Assembly (NCBI GenBank): GCA_002499195.1
Contig: DAKS01000018.1
Coordinates: 24,905-88,904, forward strand
Source of the DNA: Euryarchaeota archaeon UBA443
GTDB taxonomy: Archaea > Thermoplasmatota > Poseidoniia > Poseidoniales > Poseidoniaceae
Reading direction: 5' to 3'
Length of the DNA stretch: 64,000 nt
Each line of letters starts with the position of its first letter. Within the stretch, counting starts at the first letter, position 1. The notes under the pieces are model-generated. The model did not search any database and was not told the origin of the DNA. It saw nothing but the letters and a program-made list of their open reading frames with translations. Shown here one piece after another: positions 1 to 11,300 of the stretch. Position numbers and translations under genes: made by a program.

Positions 1-1
1 A

Positions 2-2368
2 TCCTTTGAGGTTATTTTTCAACTGCAATCACCTGTTTCGAATGAAGACTTAGAACACATCGATACTCTAGGAGCTATTCACCTCAATGAAGCCAAATTG
101 ATCGATGGAGGTCTTCTTGAGGCAACCTCTGATGTCATCCGTCAACTTTCTAATTGGGACCGAGTAGAATATCTTGAACTAAATCGTGAATTAGATTTCT
201 TCTATCTTCCTGTTGAATGGGGAGGTGACCCAACCGATCCTTCGATTATGATGCATGAAACAACCCATGTAGTTCGAGCAACCGATGCATGGCATCGAGC
301 CATCATCGACGTTGATGGAACTGTGGAATTTGATAGTGATAATGCATTTACTGAATGGGATGGTGATGGAACAGCCGTTGTCGATCTTGATACCGGAGTC
401 GATTCAGGGCACCCAGATTTTGACTACCTAGAACCATGGACTGGTGAGAAAGTAATTTACTCTGCTAAATGGACTGGTGTTTGGACCGAGACAAGAAACT
501 CTGACACCTCTTCAGGACACGGAACACACGTTGGTGGCACAATTGCCGGTAATGGTGACGCCTCAGCTGGACGTCGAGCAGGTGTTGCTAAAGGCGGACA
601 AATGGTCGCTTTAGGCACCGGTGACGGAGCCTCTATTTTCGCTGCAGAGCAAGGACTTGAATGGACATATGAACACTCAATACCTTCTCAGAACCAATAT
701 CATATTCGAGTTGTCTCCAACTCTTGGGGGACGGATGGTGATTACGACCCAAACGGTGCTATTGCCACAGTTACAGACAAACTAACATTTGACAATGGCG
801 TTGCAGTTATCTTTGCAGCATCTAATTCTGGTGGCTCCGGTGGTGGGGGCGAGTGCAGTGGTGACTTGCGAACCAATGTTTATGCCAACACTCCTTCAGC
901 CATTTCGGTTGCAGCCTTAACGCACGATGGGACACAAGTAACATCTTTCTCCTCACGTGGTTGCATGAATCAGCAACACACTTGGCCAGATGTTGGTGCC
1001 CCAGGCCGTGACATTTGGGCTACAGCACCGCGCGGTACTGCAATCGATGCAAGTACCAGAACTCAAGGTGATCTATACTACATGGCCATTTCTGGAACTT
1101 CGATGGCTACTCCACACGTTGGTGGTATGGCAGGAGTAATTCTTGACATCGCTCCTTCTTTGGGTGTTGCTGATTATCATCGAGAAGATCATGATGAGAG
1201 CGACAGTCTTGTTGGTGGAGAAGGTACAGCAGCATATGGCCAATTCGATGATTGGGCAACCGCTAATTATTCTCGAGTCCATGAATTAGAATTGATTCTT
1301 GAGCTGACAGCACGCTATGAGGGGATGGAGAATTCTTGTGAAGACGGGAATGATGAAGATTCATGCAACGACATTCCTGCTGAATGTTATCGTTCTGCTA
1401 CGGGGGAGTGTCATGACTGGAGAATCGGTCATGGTTTAACCGATGTCGATGCAGCTATGGCTTTGGCTCGAACACTTCAATTGATGCGTGATCAAGATGG
1501 CGATGGTTTAGTCGATCATCCAGAATATACGGTTTGGGATGCATGGGATATCTACGAATCGATGATGGTCGAAAAATCCATTCCGGTTAATACCGATCGT
1601 GTGAGTCACAGTTGGAAGGGAGATTGGAATCATTTCAACAATGGTGCTAACGGTGCTGTGTACTATACTGAAGATTCGCATTACGTTTGGATTCCAAATG
1701 GAACAACGCAACTAGAAGCACGTTTCGTACCAACGGAATTTGATCTTGATACGGCACAAGGTGGCGCTTTGCAACTTGAAATCGATTTGGGTGAAGATGG
1801 TAGCAATGACGCCCAGGGTTCGTGTAGTCGAGTTTCTGATTCCTGGATTTGCGATTTGGATGTTGAATCATCTCACTGGAATACTTGGGCGCACTTCGAT
1901 GTAGTTGGTCAAGCCTTCACATTCTTTGGAATTCTTGACGACCCTGAATTCTTTGAATCACGAATCCCTTACACGGTTGATGTTACCCTCACACTCGATT
2001 TGAGTGAACCTGTTGATATTTCGATAGAGCAACGGCCTGATTTCTACTCCGATCTTGATCCTGCAGCACCTTCGGATGCTTACGATTCAGATTATGATGG
2101 TATGTTGACGTTTACGCGACCTGTCTATGATCAACAAACAATCACTTCTCTTATTGAGCCTAAGGTAGTGGAAACTGAAGAAGATGAAGGTGGATTTTTC
2201 TCAGCACTTGCAGATATTTTCTCCAATCATCTTGGAGCAGCGAGTTTCTTTTTCCTGTTTGTTCTCTTGAGTGCTTTGGGAATAGGATATATGATACGGT
2301 CAAGTCGAATCGATGAGCCAAAACTATTGATTTCGACATCGATTGATGCTGAACTCGTTGAAGATTAA
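2..2368 (+). CDS. S8 (subtilisin-like) serine peptidase with C-terminal membrane anchor; 5'-truncated by window edge
   Basis: Catalytic triad motifs VVDLDTG (Asp), GHGTHVGGT (His), SGTSMATPH (Ser); C-terminal hydrophobic helix; frame is open from position 2, so the true start lies upstream of the window. Confidence 0.93.
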   Translation, partial: SFEVIFQLQSPVSNEDLEHIDTLGAIHLNEAKLIDGGLLEATSDVIRQLSNWDRVEYLELNRELDFFYLPVEWGGDPTDPSIMMHETTHVVRATDAWHRAIIDVDGTVEFDSDNAFTEWDGDGTAVVDLDTGVDSGHPDFDYLEPWTGEKVIYSAKWTGVWTETRNSDTSSGHGTHVGGTIAGNGDASAGRRAGVAKGGQMVALGTGDGASIFAAEQGLEWTYEHSIPSQNQYHIRVVSNSWGTDGDYDPNGAIATVTDKLTFDNGVAVIFAASNSGGSGGGGECSGDLRTNVYANTPSAISVAALTHDGTQVTSFSSRGCMNQQHTWPDVGAPGRDIWATAPRGTAIDASTRTQGDLYYMAISGTSMATPHVGGMAGVILDIAPSLGVADYHREDHDESDSLVGGEGTAAYGQFDDWATANYSRVHELELILELTARYEGMENSCEDGNDEDSCNDIPAECYRSATGECHDWRIGHGLTDVDAAMALARTLQLMRDQDGDGLVDHPEYTVWDAWDIYESMMVEKSIPVNTDRVSHSWKGDWNHFNNGANGAVYYTEDSHYVWIPNGTTQLEARFVPTEFDLDTAQGGALQLEIDLGEDGSNDAQGSCSRVSDSWICDLDVESSHWNTWAHFDVVGQAFTFFGILDDPEFFESRIPYTVDVTLTLDLSEPVDISIEQRPDFYSDLDPAAPSDAYDSDYDGMLTFTRPVYDQQTITSLIEPKVVETEEDEGGFFSALADIFSNHLGAASFFFLFVLLSALGIGYMIRSSRIDEPKLLISTSIDAELVED

Positions 2369-3510
2369 AGCGGATTTTGTGGAGCTTCTTCGGGTTCACT
2401 TCTTGGCATTGAATCAAGATCTTCGAAGGTTAACTGTCCGGTATGAATCTCTTCAATCTCTTGCAAGCGTTCTGCCATTGGTTTGCGGACTATGAATTCA
2501 ATTCGGCCTTTACTTCGGGTTAAATCGTAGGAGAGAGGATCGAGGCTCTCAATCACTTGTTGTTCAAAGGAGCGTTGTACTTTTCGACCTCTCCATGATG
2601 AGTATCCCCATTGATATGCAATTCCTACAATTGCAGCACCGTAGAGAATTGCTAAGAACGTTGTTGCAAATAAAGCCGGGTTCCCCCCTCTTGCTTCCTC
2701 AAGCAAATCTCGACCTAAGAGGAAGACTAAACCAACGCCGACCAAAGGTTTGAGCAATGATTCAACCCATTGATCAATGGGTATCAAACGACCCTTTGAA
2801 GGGTCAACAAAGACCAGATCTGTTTCAAATGCTGTTGACAAAACACCAACCAATGCCAATAAAGCAATGTAGAGTAGTGAGGACAGAATCATCTCAGCCC
2901 CCAAATTATCTAATTTGAAGATCCAATGGACGATTAAGTAGGCAAAGAGGCCAAGGAATACGCCGCGAGGTACTTTGTGAAAATGCTCAATGTGTTGAGA
3001 AAATTCTGTGTAATTTCGTTCTTGTGCAGGATTGCCTCGATTGGCTTGTGGAATGTGAATGATTTGCCAGTGCATACTCCGTTCGATGAAATTCATGATT
3101 CGTATCAGGATGCGCTGACGAATGAGAATAAATTCCACTAGAAGAATAACTGGAAGTCCCACGAGCATAACTGGAAGAGCTACGATGAAAGCAAGAGGAA
3201 AAATAATCAGGGCGGGTAGAATTAGAAAATGTGAGATTGAAAGGGGGTTCAAGATATCTGCTTCAATCAATCGTTGTCGAGATGGTGTAATACGAAGACT
3301 TCGTGCAACATCATTCAGTGAATTTCTATAACTTTCGAGTTGACGTCCGGAGTCAATAATTTGACGAACAGTCTTCCTATACTCCGATTCTTCGTGGCTC
3401 CCACCAATCCAGTATTGCCAGATGAAACGTAGCGGAATTGCAGTCAAAACCGGTACTGCAAGTATTCCTAGTGCCCACATGAGTGACTGAATATCTACCT
3501 CAGTTGCCAT
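2365..3510 (-). CDS. Hypothetical polytopic membrane protein
   Basis: Long ORF with ~7-8 hydrophobic segments; start placed at MATEVDIQ (ORF track extends to 3579); no family motif recognised. Confidence 0.75.
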   Translation of the reverse strand: MATEVDIQSLMWALGILAVPVLTAIPLRFIWQYWIGGSHEESEYRKTVRQIIDSGRQLESYRNSLNDVARSLRITPSRQRLIEADILNPLSISHFLILPALIIFPLAFIVALPVMLVGLPVILLVEFILIRQRILIRIMNFIERSMHWQIIHIPQANRGNPAQERNYTEFSQHIEHFHKVPRGVFLGLFAYLIVHWIFKLDNLGAEMILSSLLYIALLALVGVLSTAFETDLVFVDPSKGRLIPIDQWVESLLKPLVGVGLVFLLGRDLLEEARGGNPALFATTFLAILYGAAIVGIAYQWGYSSWRGRKVQRSFEQQVIESLDPLSYDLTRSKGRIEFIVRKPMAERLQEIEEIHTGQLTFEDLDSMPRSEPEEAPQNPL

Positions 3511-3610
3511 GGGCTCACCATATCTGCCGAGATTTGCCCTTCCTATCAATCCATTGTGAAATTTTGAATTCAAACCCAATGTTCTAACACTTGTTTACAT
3601 ACCTTCAACC

Positions 3611-4597
3611 ATGCGAAGGGTCGCTGTTACCGATGGTATGGCACAAGAAGCGGTCAAGAAACTTGAGCAAGCTGGTTGTGAAGTCGTTCAAGATTTCATT
3701 GAGCATGATGTTCTCGTTGCTGGTGCACTTGCTGATTTTGATGCGATTATCGTACGCAGTGCAACAAAAATAACCGAAGAGATGTTGAATAAAAGTCAAC
3801 CACGTTTGAAGGTCGTTGCACGGGCAGGAGTTGGAGTTGACAATATCGATATCAGGGCAGCATCTGAACTGGGAGTACCTGTTGTTAATGCACCGCGAGC
3901 AAGCACTCAAAGCGTTGTAGAACTTACTATTGGACATTTACTCGGCTCACTCCGATTTATTCCAAGAGCTGATCGTTCACTACGTTCTGGAGAGTGGGCG
4001 AAAAAAGAACTGAAAGGAACAGAACTTTTTGGCAAAAGGTTAGGACTTATTGGCTTTGGAAGAATCGCTCAAGGTGTTGCTAGAGTAGCCCAAGCATTTG
4101 GCATGGAAGTACATTCATACGATCCCTATCTTCCATTATCCGTCGCCAAAAAAGCGGATGTTACCATGCACAAAAATGTAGACAATCTCTTCAAAACATG
4201 TACGCATATTTCCATCCACTGCAATTTGACGGAAGAGACACATCATCTCATCAACAAAAAGCGAATTGAGATGATGCCTGGAGTCGATCCATTCAACCTC
4301 AAGTGTGGTAACCACATCGTTAACTGTGCACGCGGAGGTATTGTAGACGAAGATGCAGCGTTTGCAGCGCTAAAGTCCGGTCAACTATCGTCACTTGCAC
4401 TCGATGTTTTTGAACACGAACCAGTTGATGCATCATCTCCACTTCTCCAACATCAGAACTTCCATGGAACGCCTCACATTGGTGCTGCAACAATCGAAGC
4501 ACAACGTCGCGTGGGATTGGATATTGTTGATGCAGTCCTTGCCGTTCTCAATGGTGGAATGGCTGAAACAACTGTTAATCGAAAAGATATCGTTTGA
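3611..4597 (+). CDS. serA: D-3-phosphoglycerate dehydrogenase / D-2-hydroxyacid dehydrogenase, no ACT domain
   Basis: IVRSATK, RAGVGVDNID, GLIGFGRIA Rossmann motif, NCARGG, LDVFEHEP, TPHIGAAT. Confidence 0.85.
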   Translation: MRRVAVTDGMAQEAVKKLEQAGCEVVQDFIEHDVLVAGALADFDAIIVRSATKITEEMLNKSQPRLKVVARAGVGVDNIDIRAASELGVPVVNAPRASTQSVVELTIGHLLGSLRFIPRADRSLRSGEWAKKELKGTELFGKRLGLIGFGRIAQGVARVAQAFGMEVHSYDPYLPLSVAKKADVTMHKNVDNLFKTCTHISIHCNLTEETHHLINKKRIEMMPGVDPFNLKCGNHIVNCARGGIVDEDAAFAALKSGQLSSLALDVFEHEPVDASSPLLQHQNFHGTPHIGAATIEAQRRVGLDIVDAVLAVLNGGMAETTVNRKDIV

Positions 4598-4682
4598 ACC
4601 ATTACTTCAACCACTGATTCTTGAAGAAGTGATCAAAAAATGAGGGATGAATTTCAAACACTGTCGCCAAGTGTATCGATGT

Positions 4683-5795
4683 GTGCGTGAAGAACGAATC
4701 ATCATTCATTGCGACCTTGATGCCTTTTTCGCGTCGGTTGAAATTCTTCATCACGGATTTCCAGAAGATGAACCTCTGATCATTGGTTCAGATCCAATGC
4801 AAGGACGTGGCCGAGGGATTGTATCAACCTGTAATTATGCAGCACGTGAATATGGTGTTCGGTCTGCAATGCCGATCTCAGAAGCATGGCGACGCTGCCC
4901 CGGACACCCTTTTGGACCGGCACGATTCATTCGTGGAACACGCTCCCTGTATTCTATGGCTTCTCGCCGAGTGATGAAATTACTTCGAAATGATTCTGAC
5001 AAATTCGAGCAAGCAAGTATCGATGAAGCATATTTGGATGTTACCAAAATCGTTGAAGGAGATTGGGATGAAGCGATGGCACTTGCGAGACGTTTGCAAC
5101 GAACAATCCACGAGAGAGTCGGGTTAACTGCTTCTTTTGGCATTGGACCAACTAGAATTGTCGCTAAGATGTCCTCAGAAGTGAATAAACCCAATGGGAT
5201 TCATCGAGTTTTACCCGATGAAATTACAGATTTTTTTGAAGCTAGATCGGTACGTGAAGTGCCAGGTATTGGTCCAAAGACAGCGAATGTTCTCGCCGAA
5301 TGGGGTATAACTACGATGGATGAAGCTGTTGAAATGGGAGAACTTGCCTTATCGAGAATGACATCTAAGCGCTTTGCATCTTGGCTTTTGCAAGTTGTTG
5401 AGGGTTCAACATCAAACGACATTAGTCCTCTAAGATCTCGTCGTTCAATTGGAAAAGAACGAACTTTTTCCGAAGATCAAAGTGATCATGAACATGTGCT
5501 TGAACTATTGCAACAATTAACGGTGGGTGTTCTGAAAAAAGCACGGACTGAAGGAATTGCTGGCCGCCTTGCTGAAGTCAAAATTCGATACACTGGATTT
5601 GAAACCCACACGCATGGACGTTCAATTCCAGTTGCTATGGATGATACTGATGTCTTTCTGCGACAAGTACGTCGTCTATTTGCTGAGAACGTTCATCAAG
5701 ACGAAAAAATACGATTGATTGGTTTTCGTTTAGGCCAACTTGAAGAATTGGATACACGCCAAACAACGTTGGCGTTCGATGAAGAATCAGAGTAA
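4683..5795 (+). CDS. dinB: DNA polymerase IV (Y-family)
   Basis: HCDLDAFFASVE, NYAAREYGVRSAMP, SIDEAYLD, KPNG, PGIGPKT, SIGKERTF; GTG start at 4683 preferred (ORF track 4647). Confidence 0.95.
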   Translation: MREERIIIHCDLDAFFASVEILHHGFPEDEPLIIGSDPMQGRGRGIVSTCNYAAREYGVRSAMPISEAWRRCPGHPFGPARFIRGTRSLYSMASRRVMKLLRNDSDKFEQASIDEAYLDVTKIVEGDWDEAMALARRLQRTIHERVGLTASFGIGPTRIVAKMSSEVNKPNGIHRVLPDEITDFFEARSVREVPGIGPKTANVLAEWGITTMDEAVEMGELALSRMTSKRFASWLLQVVEGSTSNDISPLRSRRSIGKERTFSEDQSDHEHVLELLQQLTVGVLKKARTEGIAGRLAEVKIRYTGFETHTHGRSIPVAMDDTDVFLRQVRRLFAENVHQDEKIRLIGFRLGQLEELDTRQTTLAFDEESE

Positions 5796-8249
5796 CTTAT
5801 GCATTCGAGTCAGCGTTTCACGGAATTCTTCAAGAGAATCAGGGATGTTAATTCCCTCAATTTCTGCATTGAGTGACAATCCGTTTTCCTTTTTCGTCTT
5901 CCAGACTTCACTGTTGAAAGCTTCAATATCTGAAGTCTTTGCATTCAAATCAGATTGTATGGCCGGTAGTTGTGGGAAAGCATCCACATCAACGGCGCTT
6001 TCACCATACAGTGTCATCGAGATGTGATGGCAGAAGAAAGGACATACTGGGCTAAATGCTGCAAGGAAATCTTTCAAAATTAGGTGAATGGTCCATGCTG
6101 CATGTTCATCACCATCGTAAAGTCGTGATTTTGCCATCTCCAACCAATGTGAAGGTAGGACTCCAGTTCCAAAAGTCTTGAGTGCCTGTGTTGCAGTGTA
6201 GATGTCAAGATCTTTCCAAGCACCTTCAGCTGTGGTCATCATCGCCGCAAATTCAGACTTAATCCATTGATCTTCAATCGGGTATGGAGTAGAAGGTTCT
6301 TGTTCAGGACATTCAAATTGACTAGCAAAACGAGCTACATTGAAAATCTTAGTTAGGACACCAAAATACTTCGATTCAATCTCTTCTGGGTTGATGTGGA
6401 AGTCGTCTCCGACCTGCGCTTCACAAGCCTTCCATAAACGGAAACATTCGCTCCCAATCTTGTTGGCTTTTAGATTGACAGAGCCATCAGGTCCGCGAAC
6501 TTTCCATGCACCCGTACGACCACCTGATCCACATTCTAGAACGCTATCTGCATCAATACCGTTGCCAAGAGATTTCGACATCTTTCGTCCCCATGGGTCC
6601 ATTCCCAATCCATCGATCCAAACGTGTTTGAATCCTGGTTGTTCTAGGAGAAGTGCAGATTTGAGCAGTGTGTAATACAACCAAGTTCGAACAATTTCTT
6701 TGCCTTGAGGCCGTAATGCTGTTGGAAAAGCCTTCTCAAAAACATCTGGCCGGTTCAAGTATCCACTCACGAATAGATTTGAGTTGGATGAATCCATCCA
6801 CGTATCAAACACCTTTTCTTCTCCACGAATTTGCCCCATTTCAGCTTGGAGTTCTGAATATGCACCAACATCTTCTCGAGTATTTCTAAGCAAGACCCGA
6901 GATCCTTCTGGAGGAGAATCCTTCCATGGTTGAACATACTGGCCTACAGGAGGGACAATGATGTGTGTTTCATCTTCAGAATACCAGATTGGAATTTCCG
7001 TATGATACCAACGACGTCGCGAAATTGGCCAATCGATGCTGATGTTTTCCATCCAGTCCAACAAAAATTGGCGATTACGAGGAGGATGGAACTCGATGTC
7101 CTCAATCAACTCAAGCATCTTATCTTGAATATGTGTTTGGCGAACATACCATTCCTTGAGTAGGATGATCTCTACAGGATTCTTCCCCCGTTCTGAAACT
7201 GGAATTTCTTGTTGGCGCTCCTCGATGGAAACAATGTTTTCATCCGATTCCAACATCTCGATCGCTTTGGCCCTTGCATCAAGAACAGTCAATCCTGAAA
7301 GCGGTCCTGATATTGAAGTCATGCAGCCATTCAAATCGATTGCTTGGAAAGGAGTAAGTCCGAGTTCTCTGAAGACAGCAACGTCGTTTTGGTCACCAAA
7401 GGAACAGACCATCAAGATACCACTGCCGAATTCAGATTTAACGGAGGGATGTGTCTGAATTTCAACTGATTTGCCCCGTTCATCTACTGGCATTGGCAAA
7501 TTTACGCGTTTTCCGACGAGATGTTGGTATCTTTCATCATCAGGGTGAACGACAACAACTCCACATGCACAAATCATTTCAGGTCGAGTTGTTGAAATAA
7601 CGAGTTCTTCGCCATCTTCTGTTTTCCATCGAACATCGACAAGTTTCGTCATACGTTGAATTCGTTCAACCTCAGCATCAGCAATTGTCGTCCCCTCTAC
7701 CGGGTCGTAGATGTTTGGTCGCAAATCCTCTACAATGTCTCCTTTTTTGAAGAGTTCAATGAAAATTGATTGAGTAACGGAGCGATAATCTGGTGCATCG
7801 GTGAGGTATTCGGCTGCAAAATCACAGGATAATCCTACACGAGCAGCAGTTTTACGCATAGCTTGTGTAAACGTTTCAATGGTCTCTCGACAGAGGTTAA
7901 GAAATTCCGCCCTATCATACGTTTTCATTTTCCGTTTGGTGTTTTTCTCAACGGTAAATTCAATGTTTATTCCGTTTCGATCAACGCCCCAGGGGAAATA
8001 AACCTCCTTTCCGAGCAAACGTTGCGAACGTGCCAATACATCGATCATCGAATATTGTGCAACGGCTCCGATGTGCCATGTCCCTGAAGGATATGGCGGT
8101 GGAGTGTCGATGACAAAGATTGGTTTTCCACTTTCAGGTTTGAATCCGTATCGGTTTTGATAGGCACCTTCATCGGCGTAGTGTTCTTCTTGAATTTTCT
8201 TTTCGAGGTCGATTGACCATCGCTTGTTTGGAAGTCGAGGCGTCCCCAT
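5787..8249 (-). CDS. valS: Valine--tRNA ligase
   Basis: IDTPPPYPSG-WHIGA (HIGH variant), TTRPE editing domain, DWPISRRR, FDTWMDS, KMSKSLGN; start at MGTPRLP preferred (ORF track 8303). Confidence 0.95.
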   Translation of the reverse strand: MGTPRLPNKRWSIDLEKKIQEEHYADEGAYQNRYGFKPESGKPIFVIDTPPPYPSGTWHIGAVAQYSMIDVLARSQRLLGKEVYFPWGVDRNGINIEFTVEKNTKRKMKTYDRAEFLNLCRETIETFTQAMRKTAARVGLSCDFAAEYLTDAPDYRSVTQSIFIELFKKGDIVEDLRPNIYDPVEGTTIADAEVERIQRMTKLVDVRWKTEDGEELVISTTRPEMICACGVVVVHPDDERYQHLVGKRVNLPMPVDERGKSVEIQTHPSVKSEFGSGILMVCSFGDQNDVAVFRELGLTPFQAIDLNGCMTSISGPLSGLTVLDARAKAIEMLESDENIVSIEERQQEIPVSERGKNPVEIILLKEWYVRQTHIQDKMLELIEDIEFHPPRNRQFLLDWMENISIDWPISRRRWYHTEIPIWYSEDETHIIVPPVGQYVQPWKDSPPEGSRVLLRNTREDVGAYSELQAEMGQIRGEEKVFDTWMDSSNSNLFVSGYLNRPDVFEKAFPTALRPQGKEIVRTWLYYTLLKSALLLEQPGFKHVWIDGLGMDPWGRKMSKSLGNGIDADSVLECGSGGRTGAWKVRGPDGSVNLKANKIGSECFRLWKACEAQVGDDFHINPEEIESKYFGVLTKIFNVARFASQFECPEQEPSTPYPIEDQWIKSEFAAMMTTAEGAWKDLDIYTATQALKTFGTGVLPSHWLEMAKSRLYDGDEHAAWTIHLILKDFLAAFSPVCPFFCHHISMTLYGESAVDVDAFPQLPAIQSDLNAKTSDIEAFNSEVWKTKKENGLSLNAEIEGINIPDSLEEFRETLTRMHKLL

Positions 8250-8383
8250 GCTTAACACCGGCCCTGCCCCCTGTGACCGGGGTGGTCCAGTCACTCCTGT
8301 CATCGTTGGTTTTTCAACGGTTCCCTCAACAACTGTACGGCAATTCTTTCAATGAATGACTCAAGGGAGTGTTGGGTTCCACC

Positions 8384-11300
8384 ATGTCGGATGACGTTGA
8401 AGACCAAACATCATCCTCAAATGGGGACGAAGTTGGACGCATTCAGGCAATTGCTGATTATGGTCGAAATAAGATGCGTGTTGCCTCAGTTGACATTTCC
8501 GCCCGTGTTCGAGACTTCAATGCCAAGAAAGCAGTAGATGCAGTTCTTGATGCCCCTAAGAGATTGAAACGTGAATGGCAAAAATCTGGTGCAACAGGAG
8601 TTATTACAAGATTTCCGATCGCAACTGTTGCCCTATTTTTGATGATCACATTGTATTTTGTTACAACCTCTGGATTCCTCGATGATACACGATTCGATAA
8701 TGATCCAAACGAACCTGCCCTCAATGTCAACGGTGATATGGAAGTTTATCTGCCAGATGGAAGCGAAGTCAAAGAACTAATTGGTAAAGTCGAAGAAGAT
8801 TGGACAACTAATGTCATGGTTATTTACATTGAGTCCGATAAAAATAATATCACTGACCAACGTATTCTTCAGGAGATAAGTTACGTTGAAAAGAACATCA
8901 ACCCTTACGTTTCAGATAACGAGAGTGATGATGTCATTTACATCCTGTCAATTTCAACGGTGCTTAAAGAAATCAATTCCAGTCTTCCTCGTGTTAGAGA
9001 TGCGTTCATCACTGAACTTGGTCAACAATGCCCTTCATTCCAAGAAGTCTGTGAAAATTTTGCTGCAAATGTTAACACTGCGCTTTCTGCAGGGGATGAT
9101 CAATTTGCAGGTGGGTATGAGATACCCTCACAGACAACTATCGATCTCATCATCGGTGAGATGTATGAAAATGATGGCTCCCCTACACCAGGTCTTGACA
9201 AATTAGCACGTAATACAAATGCATGCAGTGGTCAACCTGGAGTCGATGATGCAGATGACAACGGTTGTTTTGCTGGAGAGGATCTCAAACTTGACCGTGC
9301 AATTATGGCTGTTGCTGTTGTTGATACCGTTGAAGCAAAGGACATCATTAAAGCCACTCAAGAGCGATTGGACAATATATCGATCGAACAACGCCCGTGT
9401 GAATTCGATCAAAATGGTAACCCTGCCAATGCGGATCGGTGCACATGGGAAGACCTAGGTCTCAAGATGACGCTTACAGGGCCTGTTCCTATCACGAACT
9501 CCGTTACGGAATTCTCATTTCGCCTCTTTTGGGAAATCTTCCCAATGGCTGTTGTTCTCGTAGCACTTGGATTGTTCGTCTTCCACTCTGACTTACTTCA
9601 AGCAGGTATTTCTGGTATTCGTCCTATCCAAGGTATCAAAGTTGTAATCATTGCAGGTCTACCGACGCTTTGTGCAGTATTTTGGACGTTAGGCATTATT
9701 GGAGCATCAAATTTTGAAGTTACAATGACCGTCATTATTGTAGGTCCTATTCTTCTTGCGCTCGGTGTTTCTTACGGGCTTCACATCACCAATCGCTATG
9801 CGGAAGAAGAAGGAAGTCGAAGTGAAAAGATGAAAGCTTCCATGCAATCGACAGGAAGGGCAGTATTTTTGTCCGCAGTAACAACCGTAATTGGTTTCAT
9901 TTCTCTGATATTCACTCCGATGGCACCGATTCAAACAGTTGGAATCGCTCTTTCTGGAGGAATTGTCATCGTGTATATTCTAACGATGTTCATGGTTCCA
10001 AATTTGACACTAATTTTGGACCTTCGTAAGCCCAAACATCCACCATTGAAGGTGTTTGATGCTGCAGTTGATGTTCCTGTCAAACGTAACACAAGCGTCA
10101 TTGCTTTCTTCCTCATTCTGGTTTTGGTTTCAGCAACTTTAGGTCAATCCAATGTTGAGGAAAATATCGATTTACTTGGAATGGCACCTGAAGGTGAGCA
10201 ACCAGTCATCAAAATGAAACAGTATAGTCGTGAGTTTAACGCAGGTCAGATTGGAATGATATTGGTTCATGCCAACGTTTCCGGGGATGTAACGGATAAC
10301 GATCCTACCAACGATGATCCCGCTCAAAATTTGAAAATTATTGACGGTCTTGAACGCAATATCAACACTATCGATGATGCATCGGCCGTGTCTGTTGTGT
10401 TTCTTATGAAGGCTACAGGACTTGCTCCTACTCTTTCTAGTCAACCAATTCTTGAACAGATTCAAGAATTGCCAGGGTACGAATTTCTACCAGAGGATGT
10501 ACGGGACACTTTCGAAGTTTTGTTGAATCAGCAAGTGACGCAGGGTGCTACATTCTGGGACTTACTAACAACACCTGAAGAATTTGGACTACCTGGTTCA
10601 ACACAAAGTCAAATATTCCTCTTGGATGTCTTTTACTCCTCATTAACAAAAGAAATGCGTGAGATTTTCATTAATTCGGATTATGATAGGACTTTGATTT
10701 ACATCGATATGCCGTTTATTCCTGTTGCTGATACAGCCGTTGCAGTCGAGCAAATTAACGAATATTCTGAAGGATTCCAAGGCACGCACCAAGAGCGTGC
10801 GGAAAAGTTGACTGGAGTTGCTGCAACTGCTATTGAAGTAAACAAGTTGATCGTCGATTCTCAGTGGACCTCGCTTGGATTTGCAATTATTCTCACTTTG
10901 ATTGTTTTGGCCGTCGTATTCCGAGACATTCGTTATTCACTTCTAACGACTTCTCCAGTCATTGCCACCGTTGCCTTGCAGTGGTTGGTGATGTGGCAAA
11001 TGGACGTTCCTTTGTCATTGGTTACTGTCATGATCGGTTCGATTCTCGTTGGGGTAGGTGTTGACTTCTCTATTCACATCGCCAATCGTATTCGCGAACT
11101 TGGAGGAGGAATTGAAGCGATTCGTTCTGCAGCAGTAGGTACTGGAATGTCTTTGTTTGAAGCAGCTGTTGTAACCTCGCTCGGAATGTTTACTGCTTAT
11201 CAGATTCCAATTCCTGAGATCAAACCTTTCGTAACTGTAATCCTCATATTGCTTTGGGTTGCTGCGGCAAGTGCATTGTTCCTGTTACCTGCTATCTTTG

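Noticed and set aside
8250..8383. T-box riboswitch for valS
   Set aside because: Region too short and lacks the T-box consensus and terminator
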